Shown here piece by piece: positions 17,381 through 27,356 of a stretch of DNA of 64,000 nt. The notes beneath the pieces are model-generated. The model made no database searches. It was not told where the DNA came from and worked only from the letters and a program-made list of their open reading frames with translations. The first letter of the stretch is position 1. Every line of letters begins with the position of its first letter. The position numbers and the translations under genes are program-made. This stretch comes from Spirochaetia bacterium (lineage in GTDB: Bacteria; Spirochaetota; Spirochaetia; CAKZLE01). The stretch lies in contig OY782041.1 in assembly GCA_963677595.1 (NCBI GenBank), positions 544,001 through 608,000 of the forward strand. The letters run 5' to 3'.

Positions 17381-18499
17381 ATGGAGTTTAAATCAGTTTT
17401 TTACCCTACAGAAATGGATTTATATGATGCTTTCATCTCAAATCACCAGAAGGTGACAAATAATTATCTAATAACGTTGCTGAGAGATAAGGGTATTTTG
17501 GTTTCCAATGATTGTTCACGAGAATTCTTAGTAGGTTATGTTTCACAATTAAATTTTGATTACCTCGAATTTAAAAACATTTCAAACTATCTTACACCTA
17601 GCAGTAGATCGGAAAAAACTACTTCAGAAATTATTGAAACTGAAATCAATGATGATGAAATACTACAGGGCTTTGATAATCTAAAAGAAGCAAGAGGGAG
17701 TCATAATGAAAATTATAATATTGTTCTTCTTGAAGGAGCAAACACCACAAGAATAGAAATTTTCTATGAAGAAGTTGATCATTCAAAAACAAGAGTAATC
17801 CAAAAAGTCACTAAAGAAGGATTTATTGATATAGTAAAAACTGATAAAGGAATAAAAATCCGTCATACATCAAATGATAGAGTAGCGAGAATTAAAGATT
17901 CTTTTATTAAACAGATCGCAGAGAACAAGGACGATAAAATTGAACCTATTAGAATTTCATTTAGCGGTATTGCAGATTTAAAATACCAAACCATATTCTT
18001 TACTAGTTTATTGAAATATATAAAAGGATTGACTCCTGAGACTGTTGTCAAAATAAGTCTTAGTAGAGATGATATTACCCCACTTGATTTAGATATTGAC
18101 GATGCAGAAAAAGAGGACCTAGAGGATAATATGCGTCAATGTATTAGAAAAGCAAGATTTGATGGGGAAAGTCTTTTAGAAACAGACATCTACCAAGAGT
18201 TGAAGCAAAAAGGATATTATTTAACATCAATGCGTTGGATTTCTCTTGAGAATCTAAATAACCCGAGGAAATTTGAATTTGAAGCTTCATTTGTGGATAG
18301 AGGATATGCAATTGTTTTTGAATATTCGCTTAAGGGAGTATATAATTTTAAAAAAGAAAAATACACAAACCTAATTACAAAAATACCAGAAGATGAGAAA
18401 AAAAATCTAATATCCAGATTTGAAACTGCAGCAAATCAGGTTTATACTAAAATAATTAACGAAATCAAAGAGTTGAAAAATGACAATAAGAACATATAA
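17381..18499 (+). CDS. Hypothetical protein (GAPS4b-like partner candidate)
   Basis: 372 aa, 5 bp after the nuclease gene, LLRDKGI N-terminal motif. Confidence 0.5.
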   Translation: MEFKSVFYPTEMDLYDAFISNHQKVTNNYLITLLRDKGILVSNDCSREFLVGYVSQLNFDYLEFKNISNYLTPSSRSEKTTSEIIETEINDDEILQGFDNLKEARGSHNENYNIVLLEGANTTRIEIFYEEVDHSKTRVIQKVTKEGFIDIVKTDKGIKIRHTSNDRVARIKDSFIKQIAENKDDKIEPIRISFSGIADLKYQTIFFTSLLKYIKGLTPETVVKISLSRDDITPLDLDIDDAEKEDLEDNMRQCIRKARFDGESLLETDIYQELKQKGYYLTSMRWISLENLNNPRKFEFEASFVDRGYAIVFEYSLKGVYNFKKEKYTNLITKIPEDEKKNLISRFETAANQVYTKIINEIKELKNDNKNI

Positions 18500-19160
18500 G
18501 ATCAATTATAACTTTGATTTGGATATCCTGTTTAAAGGGATGCAATCCTGCCCATATAATGAAGATGAAAAAAGTGGGTACTTCATTGATAGCTTCATTA
18601 ATAATCAAATTGAAGGACGATTTGTTTTAAAAAGAATCTTCTCCGAAGAATCTATTTCTCCAATAGATGGAGAAATTCAACTTAACGAAATAATTCAATT
18701 TGAGGTTTTTCATTTCAAGATTTTTCATGATAATAAAATACTGATGCTCTATAATTCTCCAAGAAGCACATCAATTTTCTTCACTAGTATTAACTCTCTA
18801 TTCGATTTTTCAATATCAATAGAAAAATGTGATTTGAATCTTTTAAACTTTATTGAAAACGTGAAATTAAAAACTGATATCAATGAAGTTATATATTTAG
18901 AATTATGTAATATCTCATTTTCGAATCTTACAAAGGGAAAGGTCATAATTTCAGGCAATGAAAATGTTATACCATATATTGAAAAAGCAACATTCCATTC
19001 CACAAACTATGAGATAAATCGATTAGGTTTAAAAATAATTTTTAATGACAAACCAATTAGATTAGATATTACAAATACTGGGTCTTATAGGGTTGCTGAT
19101 TCCTATGCCCATTTTGTTCTCCCGAAGATCTCTGAAGCTATACTTGATTATTTTGAATGA
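18480..19160 (+). CDS. Hypothetical protein, third gene of the putative defence operon
   Basis: 226 aa, overlaps the upstream gene. Confidence 0.6.
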   Translation: MTIRTYKINYNFDLDILFKGMQSCPYNEDEKSGYFIDSFINNQIEGRFVLKRIFSEESISPIDGEIQLNEIIQFEVFHFKIFHDNKILMLYNSPRSTSIFFTSINSLFDFSISIEKCDLNLLNFIENVKLKTDINEVIYLELCNISFSNLTKGKVIISGNENVIPYIEKATFHSTNYEINRLGLKIIFNDKPIRLDITNTGSYRVADSYAHFVLPKISEAILDYFE

Positions 19161-19165
19161 TCGTT

Positions 19166-19188
19166 TTATGTAACCAGTTATGTAGCCA
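19166..19188. repeat. Tandem integrase arm-type-like sites
   Basis: TTATGTAACCA-G-TTATGTAGCCA about 105 bp inside the att core. Confidence 0.5.
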
Positions 19189-19369
19189 ATTGAGTGCTAT
19201 TGACCTATATAATTTGGTATATTTTAATATTGATTAACTTTTTATTTTGTTATATAGTATAAATATATAAAATTTTAAATGAGGCTTCTTGCGGTTCAAC
19301 CCACATTCCTCACTATTTCTCAGCAAAAAACGGGTATTTAATTTCGGGCTAAAATCGGTTTAAAAAGCG

Positions 19370-19732
19370 CTACCCTTCATCGTCCAAGAGGACCAAAATG
19401 GCTTCATACGCATCCTGAGAGAGCTTCTTCATGGCATTCATCGTCTTCTCCAGGGTTCTCCTGTTCTCAATCCATGGTTGGAGGACCTCAGCCTGCTGCT
19501 CTGTGAGCTTCCTGGCTACGGTCTTCCCGCCCTTTTTGGTCGTCCAATAGTAATACGGTCCATGCTTGGCCTCAGTGTCTGTATGACACTTGCACGAGGG
19601 GTTCCCGCAGGTAAGAAACCGTTTGGAGATGGATCCTGACCAGATAAATTCGATCGTGCTCAGTTCCTTGGCGAGTTCCTGCTGTTTGCGGCGAAGTACC
19701 TGAAGGCGCTTCTGTGCCGTCTCGGTGGTCAT
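19370..19732 (-). CDS. DUF6788-like IS accessory protein
   Basis: GSI...CGNPSCKC...HGPYYYW. Confidence 0.75.
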   Translation of the reverse strand: MTTETAQKRLQVLRRKQQELAKELSTIEFIWSGSISKRFLTCGNPSCKCHTDTEAKHGPYYYWTTKKGGKTVARKLTEQQAEVLQPWIENRRTLEKTMNAMKKLSQDAYEAILVLLDDEG

Positions 19733-19822
19733 GACTTGACTCCTCTCTTGTCCTACTGTATAATACAGTAGGTTCAGTGATCAGTCAAGTCCTGTTTCCA
19801 CGACCGCTACAGGAGGATACCG

Positions 19823-21526
19823 ATGGCCAGTACTCCGCCCCTTTCAACCCTGTTTCAGCATACCAGAATCTATACCCATTCCTACCTGCCCATTGCGGCG
19901 GCCTACTGCCGCATGCTCGGGTTGAGAGACATCGTGGATGCGGCGGTGGAGACCCGTATGCAGCTATCTCCGGGGCTCGTGGTACAGACGATGGTGCTCG
20001 ATGTCCTGCATGGACGGTCGCCGCTGTATCGGATCGAGCAGTTCATCGAGCAGCAGAACCGCAGCCTATTGCTGGGACAGGAGGTAGATCCGCATCTGTT
20101 CAATGACACGAACATAGCTCGGTCCCTGGATGCGATCTTCGATGCCGGCCCATCGAAGATTGTGACCGAACTGGGGATTCGGGCAGCACAGGTCTTCGAT
20201 CTGGATATGCATGCCCTCAGTTACGATACTACCAGTACGAGTGTCTGGGGGGAATACCGGGGGAGTGAGCAGGAAAAGACCCCGGGGCCTTCGATCGTCC
20301 TGGGGCACTCCAAGGATCACCGACCGGATCTCAAGCAGTTCATGACGGAGTTACTGTGCGTGGATCATGGGGTCCCAATCTTCAGCAGTACCCTCAATGG
20401 GAACTCCTCAGACAAGACGTCTAACAATGCGATGCTCACACGGATCAGTACACTGCTCTCCCGACATGGGTTGGGAGATGGGGCCTGTATCTATGTTGCA
20501 GACTCGGCCATGGTGACGCAGGAGAATCTGGAGGCTTTAGGGTCGATGCCATTCATCAGCCGTCTTCCGGCAACCTACGGCGCATGTGACCAGGCAATAA
20601 GGGAAGCGATCGGAGCGGGTCGCTGGAGTCCCATAGGCATGATGGCTGAAACACCAACAGGGAAGAACCGGCCTCCTGCGATCTATAAGGGGTGCGAGAC
20701 GACGGTAACGTTGTATGAAAAGCCCTATCGCGGGGTCGTGATACATTCGAGTTCCCATGATAAGCGAAGGCAGAAGAAGATTGACAAAGCGATTGAGCAA
20801 TCGTTGAAGGAGCTGAACGGGAAATTGAAGAAAGTTCAGCGACAGTATTACTGCAGCGAAGATGCGCAGGTTGCTGCTGCCAACCTCGCTGCGGTCTCTT
20901 CCCCGCTGCACTCGTTAACGGTTACGATCCAAGAAGTGGCGGTTCGGCGTCGTGGACGTCCCCCGAAGGAGGGTCCGCCGCCTGTAGATCTGCGGTATGA
21001 GTTGAACTGGGAGATCACCGAAAAGTCGGACAAGCTGCAGGTGCTCAGAGAGCAGGCAGGATGTTTTGTGCTGCTTACCAATGTTGCTGTTGCATCGCTT
21101 GATGCCGCATCGGTACTGCGTACGTACAAAGGCCAGTATGGGATCGAGAGTGATTTTTCATTCCTCAAGGATCCCCTGGTAGTCAATGACCTGTTTCTGA
21201 AAACCCCTTCCCGCATAGATGCATTGGGGATGATTCTCGTGATCGCCCTGATGGTCTGGCGGTTGATGGAGCGGCAGATGCGGCGGTATCTCCAGAAGGA
21301 AGGTACTACGGTACCAGGCTGGGACAACAAACCGACGGCAAAGCCGACTTCATTCATGATGAGTACCGTGTTTGGCGGTATCATGGCGGCAGAGATGGGA
21401 GCAGAAGCGGTGCTGGTAAATCCGCTCTCTTCCCGTCAGTTGGCCTTCCTGTCTGCATTGGGTCTTGATGAACGCGTATTCTACGACAAGGGGGTGAGGT
21501 GTGTCCTGACCTCTCTGCATGCATGA
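19823..21526 (+). CDS. IS1634-family DDE transposase
   Basis: YDTTS, GHSKDHRPDLKQ, VADS, Y..Q..IE..F..LK. Confidence 0.93.
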   Translation: MASTPPLSTLFQHTRIYTHSYLPIAAAYCRMLGLRDIVDAAVETRMQLSPGLVVQTMVLDVLHGRSPLYRIEQFIEQQNRSLLLGQEVDPHLFNDTNIARSLDAIFDAGPSKIVTELGIRAAQVFDLDMHALSYDTTSTSVWGEYRGSEQEKTPGPSIVLGHSKDHRPDLKQFMTELLCVDHGVPIFSSTLNGNSSDKTSNNAMLTRISTLLSRHGLGDGACIYVADSAMVTQENLEALGSMPFISRLPATYGACDQAIREAIGAGRWSPIGMMAETPTGKNRPPAIYKGCETTVTLYEKPYRGVVIHSSSHDKRRQKKIDKAIEQSLKELNGKLKKVQRQYYCSEDAQVAAANLAAVSSPLHSLTVTIQEVAVRRRGRPPKEGPPPVDLRYELNWEITEKSDKLQVLREQAGCFVLLTNVAVASLDAASVLRTYKGQYGIESDFSFLKDPLVVNDLFLKTPSRIDALGMILVIALMVWRLMERQMRRYLQKEGTTVPGWDNKPTAKPTSFMMSTVFGGIMAAEMGAEAVLVNPLSSRQLAFLSALGLDERVFYDKGVRCVLTSLHA

Positions 21527-21774
21527 ACTTCGTAGGTGTACCTGCGTCTGATCCTCAGAACCTATGAGAAGGCTGGTTACTGTCCTGATCATCAGCATGT
21601 CTGTTCAGACGGGGTAGCAACCAGGCGGATTTGCCGATTTTTATGCCGTGTGGAGGATCGGTAAGGATGAATAGCCCTTCGTAGTCTCAATCCTTTCCTG
21701 AAATGGAAAATCCTGCTATGTGTGCGTCATGAAAGTGAGGAATGTGGGGTTCAACTCCCCTTACCTCCACAAAG

Positions 21775-21806
21775 GAAGCCGCTGCATCTGCAGCGGCTTC
21801 TCTCTT
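21775..21806 (+). terminator. Stem-loop after the att fragment
   Basis: GAAGCCGCTGCA-TC-TGCAGCGGCTTC followed by TCTCTT. Confidence 0.65.
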
Positions 21807-21808
21807 GG

Positions 21809-21844
21809 TTGACATGTTACGATTTTATGATAAAATAGTAACAT
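21809..21844 (+). promoter_or_regulatory. AbiE promoter with 31-bp inverted-repeat operator
   Basis: TTGACA...TAAAAT; ATGTTACGATTTTAT-G-ATAAAATAGTAACAT abutting the ATG. Confidence 0.7.
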
Positions 21845-22495
21845 ATGAAGCAAGAGAAACCGCTCTCAAAAACTCAACAAATCCGGAATCAGATACTACG
21901 GCTGGAGAAAGGAACCATCTTTTTATCGGATATTATTGATCTAAGCGATAGATCTGTGCTTCGAGTGATTCTATCACGCATCATTGCTGAAGGATTGATT
22001 GAGCGGCTTGGGCCCGGAATCTATCTATACCCGAGATATTCAGCATTACTGCAAAGAAATGTAACACCATCTCTAGAGGAAATCGCACAAGCCATTGCAC
22101 TGAAAGAACACTCAAGGATTGTACCTTCCGGTTCGTATTCAATGTACAAACTCGGATTTACAACACAGGTTCCCACGAAAGCTGTGTTCCTTACTGATGG
22201 CTCACCTAGAAAGATCACATTGGTCGATGGCAGAACAATCTTATTTAAATCAACGACGGCAAAGAACCTTGCTTTCAAAAATCCCCTTATGCAGTTATTG
22301 GTCTCAAGTCTCAAAATGATGAGATCAACCAATATCTCACCTGAGCAGTTAGTAAAGATTCGTTCTTTACTCACACATATACCTGATAAGGATTTTCAAT
22401 CTGATATCAAGCTGGCACCGGAAAGGATCCAAAAACTATTGATCCAACACAGGGAGGATACCCATGTTGCTCTGCAACCTATCGAAACAGGATAG
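21845..22495 (+). CDS. Type IV TA antitoxin, AbiEi/DUF6088-like
   Basis: LIERLGPGIY, LGFTTQVP...TDG. Confidence 0.85.
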   Translation: MKQEKPLSKTQQIRNQILRLEKGTIFLSDIIDLSDRSVLRVILSRIIAEGLIERLGPGIYLYPRYSALLQRNVTPSLEEIAQAIALKEHSRIVPSGSYSMYKLGFTTQVPTKAVFLTDGSPRKITLVDGRTILFKSTTAKNLAFKNPLMQLLVSSLKMMRSTNISPEQLVKIRSLLTHIPDKDFQSDIKLAPERIQKLLIQHREDTHVALQPIETG

Positions 22496-23492
22496 AATAG
22501 ATATTTTCAATGAAGCTGAAACACAAATGTTTATCGTTAGTAAAGCTATAGAGAAGGACTGGTGGGTATGCATTATATTGAAAGCCTTATTTTCAACTAA
22601 ATTTTATGATTATCTTGTTTTCAAGGGAGGTACTTCGCTTAGCAAAGGCTGGCACCTTATTGAGAGGTTCTCTGAGGATATCGATATTTCCATCCAAAGG
22701 GAATATCTTGGATTTGGGAACACTCTATCAAAAACACAAATCAGCAACAGATTACGTCGTGCTTCATGCTCTTTCGTAAGAACAGATCTGAAAAATGCTG
22801 TATCAGATGAGCTTTTAAAACTCGGAGTACCGGCAGCCCAATTCAACATCTCTGTGGAAAAAACAGCAGTGACCACTGTTGACCCGGAAAGAATCTTTGT
22901 CGAATATGAAAGTGTCTTTGATGATCCAGTGAATACCTATATTCACCCAAGCGTGATCATTGAAGCTGGGGCTAGAAGCATCTATGAACCCGCATCAAGA
23001 AGAACGATCAAGTCATTCATCTCGGAGTTATTCCCCAATCAGCCTTTCTCAGATACAGGAGTTGTTGTACATATTGCTCCTGCAGAAAGAACCTTTCTTG
23101 AAAAAGCATTTCTTCTTCATGAAGAATTCCATAAGCCAGAAGAATGCATTCGATCTGAACGAATGAGTCGCCATCTCTATGATCTGGAAAGGATGATGGA
23201 CACTCCTATATCGAAGGTTATAGGAAACACAACGATGTACCATGAAATAGTGGATCATCGAAAAAGGTATTTTGGCCTTAAAGGATTTAACTATGATACA
23301 TTGGACTATGGGTCCATAGATTTCGTCCCTCCTGAGACTGTTGCCAAGGTATGGAAACAGGACTATCAGGCTATGCGTGAATCAATCATTTATGGGCCTT
23401 CACTAACATATGAAAGCTTGATTGCACGTATTCAAGAATTGAATCGTATATTCCACCATCATGCTACAGATAGCACATCGAAATTTCCTTAA
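22464..23492 (+). CDS. Type IV TA toxin, AbiEii nucleotidyltransferase
   Basis: IEKDWW, FKGGTSLSK...RFSEDID, RHLYD. Confidence 0.92.
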   Translation: MLLCNLSKQDRIDIFNEAETQMFIVSKAIEKDWWVCIILKALFSTKFYDYLVFKGGTSLSKGWHLIERFSEDIDISIQREYLGFGNTLSKTQISNRLRRASCSFVRTDLKNAVSDELLKLGVPAAQFNISVEKTAVTTVDPERIFVEYESVFDDPVNTYIHPSVIIEAGARSIYEPASRRTIKSFISELFPNQPFSDTGVVVHIAPAERTFLEKAFLLHEEFHKPEECIRSERMSRHLYDLERMMDTPISKVIGNTTMYHEIVDHRKRYFGLKGFNYDTLDYGSIDFVPPETVAKVWKQDYQAMRESIIYGPSLTYESLIARIQELNRIFHHHATDSTSKFP

Positions 23493-23578
23493 CGCAAAGT
23501 ATTCTACAGGATGATCGACTACCGCATCCTGAACGGTATGCAGTATGCAGCTGGCACTGCATACTGCTCTCGGGAGAT

Positions 23579-24232
23579 TTATGCATCCAAAGGTTTATGG
23601 CAGAACCACCAGTCAAATCCCTCATACTCATCAAGCCGCTTCTCAGCAGCAGCCTGACTGTTTGCCGGCGGGATGATGACCCGGTCACCGATGAGTTCGT
23701 TCTCTGGCCATCCCGCAGGTATTGCTACTTTGTTGTTATCGGCTATCTGCAGGGCTTTCACCGCCCTGACGATCTCGTCCATGTTCCTGCCGATCTCCTG
23801 GGGATAGTAGAGGACCAGCCGTACCGCTCCCTTCGGGTCCACGACGAATACCGCCCGGACTGTGTTAGAACCCTTCCCCGGATGGAGGAGCCCGAGTGAG
23901 TTGGCAATCGCATCATTCGCTGCGACGATCGGGAAGGTGATCTCGACTCCCAGAGATTCCTTGATCCACTGGACCCACTTGATATGGCTGAAGACCTGGT
24001 CTACCGAGAGGCCAACCAGCTTGACGCCGAGAGCATCGAACTGCTCCACCCGCTTCTGGAAGGCCACGAACTCCGTGGTACATACCGGGGTGAAATCAGC
24101 CGGATGGCTGAAGAGGACGAACCATGACCCGTTCATATCATCGGGCAGGATCATCGGACCATGGGTGGTGTTGACTTTCAGCTGGGGAAACGCGTCTCCG
24201 AGGAGAGGCATATTGATTGACTCATTGTTCAT
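23579..24232 (-). CDS. Peroxiredoxin
   Basis: [13 protein letters not shown]; C-terminal DWWFCHK. Confidence 0.95.
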   Translation of the reverse strand: MNNESINMPLLGDAFPQLKVNTTHGPMILPDDMNGSWFVLFSHPADFTPVCTTEFVAFQKRVEQFDALGVKLVGLSVDQVFSHIKWVQWIKESLGVEITFPIVAANDAIANSLGLLHPGKGSNTVRAVFVVDPKGAVRLVLYYPQEIGRNMDEIVRAVKALQIADNNKVAIPAGWPENELIGDRVIIPPANSQAAAEKRLDEYEGFDWWFCHKPLDA

Positions 24233-24264
24233 ACTAAGAATCCTCCTGTTTTGTTTATGGCTTA

Positions 24265-24281
24265 ATGATAATAATTATCAT
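24265..24281. promoter_or_regulatory. Fur/PerR-type box upstream of peroxiredoxin
   Basis: Perfect 8-1-8 IR ATGATAAT-A-ATTATCAT. Confidence 0.75.
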
Positions 24282-24497
24282 ATTTAATGTCAATATATTT
24301 TTGTAATAATTATAAATCTTAATTTATATTAACCACTAGGTAGGAATCATTCATAGATACGCGACGGTACAGGGATGAGAGTCGGTTATAGAGTTTGCCG
24401 TATTGGGACAGCCTGAGGTCCAGGCCTTCAGGAGATGAGAGAGCAGGAACACCGCTCTATTGAAGATATTCCCCAGTATATCTTCAGGTGATGCATG

Positions 24498-24698
24498 CTA
24501 AATGAAACCTTCGTCTAATGCTAAATCATACTCATCGGGATAATCTTCGAGATCATCAACAAAGATATCATATACCTCATAATACTGATAATCATCGTCA
24601 TCACTATATAACTTCATATAGTTGTTTGCAGCAGCTTTTGAAAGAAAACAGCCGATGGGGCTTACCCCGTCGGTTACGAACCATAACTTATCTTTCAT
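24498..24698 (-). CDS. Small acidic hypothetical protein
   Basis: GGAG RBS; D/E/Y-rich. Confidence 0.55.
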   Translation of the reverse strand: MKDKLWFVTDGVSPIGCFLSKAAANNYMKLYSDDDDYQYYEVYDIFVDDLEDYPDEYDLALDEGFI

Positions 24699-24988
24699 TC
24701 CATACTCCGTACATGTCAGAAAATTGAGTTCTTCAGGCTGGGGAACGGGTATAGGACGGACCTATGGTTCACGACTTATACCTCCTAGAATAGCTCAAAT
24801 CCTTTCCAAGTAAGATATAAGCAGACACCGTTAGCGTGCAGGGTCCGTTTGTCTGCCAAGATTTATAAAAATCTAGGTTCAATATAATCGATTTTGCTGT
24901 TTTGTCAATTCTTTTATAGAGAGACAGGGCCTCCTTTTTCCCGGGAGAGAGAGTGTGTTCCAGCCGGGAGCAGGAAGCCCTGTCAGGA

Positions 24989-25621
24989 TTACCTACCGAT
25001 ACTGCAGACATCCCTGGGACAGGGATCGATGCACTGGTAGCACTGCAGGCATTCGTGTCCAAGGTTGTAGCGCTTGCCGTCCTCCCTGGTCTGGATCGAC
25101 CCTGCAGGGCACTTCTTCTGGCAGATCCCGCAGCTGATGCAGCCCGATTCATCGATCTTCATCGAGACTCCTGCCTTCCTGGAGGTCAGGCTCAGGATCG
25201 TGCCGAAGGGACAGAGCCGCCGGTGCCAGAACTCCTCCTCGAAGATGAGTGTGACGAGGATGGAGAAACCGACGATGTAGAGCAGGATGTTCACCTTGAT
25301 ATGAAGCATCCTGGTCGCGACCATGGCGGCGATGAAGAGGATGAGAAGGATATACCTCACGGCAGGATGCGAGAGTACCTTCGGGGAAGGCAGCCGCTTG
25401 ATCTTCAGCTTCCGGTAGATCCAGTCGATGGGACGGAATAGCGTGTTCATCGGGCAGACCCAGCCGCAGTAGTAGCGGCCGATGAAGATCGATAGGATGA
25501 CCCCCGCAGCGAAGATGACGAACCAGAGTTGGAGCTTGTGGTTCACCGTCAAGGCAATGAACAGGATAAGTGCGGCGATCTCAATGACCCACCTGATGAT
25601 ATACAGCCTGTTTCTCTTCAT
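24989..25621 (-). CDS. Membrane 4Fe-4S binding protein (NapH/MauN-like)
   Basis: CGWVCP, LCPFG, two CxxCxxCxxxCP motifs. Confidence 0.88.
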   Translation of the reverse strand: MKRNRLYIIRWVIEIAALILFIALTVNHKLQLWFVIFAAGVILSIFIGRYYCGWVCPMNTLFRPIDWIYRKLKIKRLPSPKVLSHPAVRYILLILFIAAMVATRMLHIKVNILLYIVGFSILVTLIFEEEFWHRRLCPFGTILSLTSRKAGVSMKIDESGCISCGICQKKCPAGSIQTREDGKRYNLGHECLQCYQCIDPCPRDVCSIGR

Positions 25622-25714
25622 ACGATCCCCCTGTGCGTGATGCTGTATCAAGCATACGGCTTAGGGTCACTGCCGTCCGTGATTGTGATCACACACTAAG
25701 GGATTAACAGAAGA

Positions 25715-26551
25715 TCAACCAGGTGTCTCGGCATCTGCTGCCATGGGAACAGGGTAATGGACCGTGACCTGCGGGAAGGGGATCTCGACCCCCTGTTCAC
25801 GGAATCGCTCATGGATATCGATCATGATGGAGTTCCGGGTCTCGATATACTGGGTCTTATCGAACCAGACACCGAACTTGACGGTGATGCCGGAGTCCCC
25901 GAAAGCGTTGACCATCCTGAAGGGTGCCGGCTCGTTGAGACAGAAAGGATTGTCCCTCCCGATAGCCTGCAGGATCGCGAGGACCTGTTCCAGGTCGGAG
26001 CGGTAGGCTACCGACAGGAGGATATCCATCCTCCTGATGGGAAACCGCGTGATATTGATGATATCGGTGGAGATCATCGTCTCATTGGGGATCCTGATGA
26101 GCAGGTTGTCGAAGGTCCTGAGCATGACCGAGAGCAGCTCGACCGAGCTGACCACCCCGGTCTTGTCCCCTACGGTGATGACATCCCCGATCTCGAAACT
26201 CTTCTCGGTGATGATGAAGAACCCGCTTATGATGTTACCCAGGCTCTTCTGGGAGGCGACACCGAGGGCGATACCGAGGATACCCGCAGCTCCCAGGAGG
26301 GCAGTGAGGCTGATCCCCAGTTCGGAGAGGACGATCACGATCAGGATGAGGAACCCGGCATAGTTGATGAGCTTCATCCCGATCATGCGTGTCTGCCGTT
26401 TCGCCCTACTGAAGACGGACTTGGTGAGCAGGAGCTTGATCAGCCGCAGCAGCAGGAACCCGACGAGGAGGATGATGACGACCTTGATGATCTGCTGGTA
26501 CTGGATCGAGGCGAAGAACTTCGTGATCGACTCTTTACTGAATATATCCAT
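25715..26551 (-). CDS. MscS-family mechanosensitive channel
   Basis: GAAGILGIALG, GD.I, IPN, IPFPQ. Confidence 0.92.
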   Translation of the reverse strand: MDIFSKESITKFFASIQYQQIIKVVIILLVGFLLLRLIKLLLTKSVFSRAKRQTRMIGMKLINYAGFLILIVIVLSELGISLTALLGAAGILGIALGVASQKSLGNIISGFFIITEKSFEIGDVITVGDKTGVVSSVELLSVMLRTFDNLLIRIPNETMISTDIINITRFPIRRMDILLSVAYRSDLEQVLAILQAIGRDNPFCLNEPAPFRMVNAFGDSGITVKFGVWFDKTQYIETRNSIMIDIHERFREQGVEIPFPQVTVHYPVPMAADAETPG

Positions 26552-26554
26552 AGC

Positions 26555-27298
26555 CTACCCTGAATAGAGATTCTTGATATAGTAGAAGCTCCGCTTGAGG
26601 ATACTCTGCGGTTCTGCCTTCTTCGAGAGCGAAACGAGTTTGAGCTCGTTCTCGGGGTCAGCGGGAGACTTCCGGTAGACGACTTGGCTGACCTGGTCCT
26701 GCCCCTTGAAGGTGATGTGGACGGGGCTGGCGATGAGCACCGTGGGGCTGTGGAAGATCGAGAGATTCGCCGTCCTGAAGACCAGTCGGTCGAACGCGAG
26801 ACTCGCGGATGACTTGTTGATGACCACGAGCGGGCAGTACACACTTATATGGGGTCTCTCGTAGTCGGAGATCCTCGGGAATACCCGGCTCTCCATGTGG
26901 TAGGCGAACTCCCCCTTCTCGGGACCGTCGACATAGCATCGGGAGATGTCCGAAGGACGGTACTCGAAGAGCAGTGTCTTCTTCTGCTCTGGACCGAAAA
27001 GGAACTTGATGGAGAACGGGATCTCGAGGAAGGCATTGAACTTCATGGCTGGGAGGATCGTGATGGTATCGACCGGCTTGATGAGGATCGGCAGGTCAGG
27101 CAGCCCCGGCTCCATATAGACCGGGGTATCAGAGCCGATGACGAAACGGTGAGCCTCCTCATTCCCGTTCACGGAGATCCTGATGAGGATCTCCCGGCTG
27201 TTCTTCACCACCTCGAGGGTATGGCCTTCTGCCAGTTCGAATGAGAACAGCGTATCAGTGAACTGTATCTCCCCCCAGGGGATCCTCTCTTCCTGCAC
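26555..27298 (-). CDS. DUF432-like hypothetical protein
   Basis: 247 aa, co-transcribed with mscS. Confidence 0.55.
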   Translation of the reverse strand: MQEERIPWGEIQFTDTLFSFELAEGHTLEVVKNSREILIRISVNGNEEAHRFVIGSDTPVYMEPGLPDLPILIKPVDTITILPAMKFNAFLEIPFSIKFLFGPEQKKTLLFEYRPSDISRCYVDGPEKGEFAYHMESRVFPRISDYERPHISVYCPLVVINKSSASLAFDRLVFRTANLSIFHSPTVLIASPVHITFKGQDQVSQVVYRKSPADPENELKLVSLSKKAEPQSILKRSFYYIKNLYSG

Positions 27299-27327
27299 AT
27301 GGACCTCACATCATTCGTCTTACTGAC

Positions 27328-27356
27328 AGTATACCTGTTGAGAAGATTTCTTTCCA
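27328..27356 (-). promoter_or_regulatory. sigma70 promoter for the DUF432-mscS operon
   Basis: TGGAAA-17 nt-TATACT, about 30 bp upstream of the start codon. Confidence 0.65.

Larger units (their letters stand above)
1..19299. mobile_element. Prophage (HK97/lambda-like organisation), right-hand part; continues beyond window start
   Basis: Portal-TerL-TerS-HNH packaging module, replication/antirepressor/Xis early genes, divergent CI switch, att-like tmRNA/tRNA 3' fragment at the right boundary. Confidence 0.92.
19300..21748 (+). mobile_element. IS1634-family insertion sequence (2,449 bp) with a passenger gene
   Basis: 15-bp terminal IR CCCACATTCCTCACT; 6-bp TSD GTTCAA at 19294-19299 and 21749-21754. 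Confidence 0.92.
19293..21769 (+). other. Prophage att core (3' end of tmRNA or tRNA-Ala), split by an IS
   Basis: Removing the IS and one TSD gives GGTTCAACTCCCCTTACCTCCA: T-loop plus an acceptor 3' strand with U70. Confidence 0.7.
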
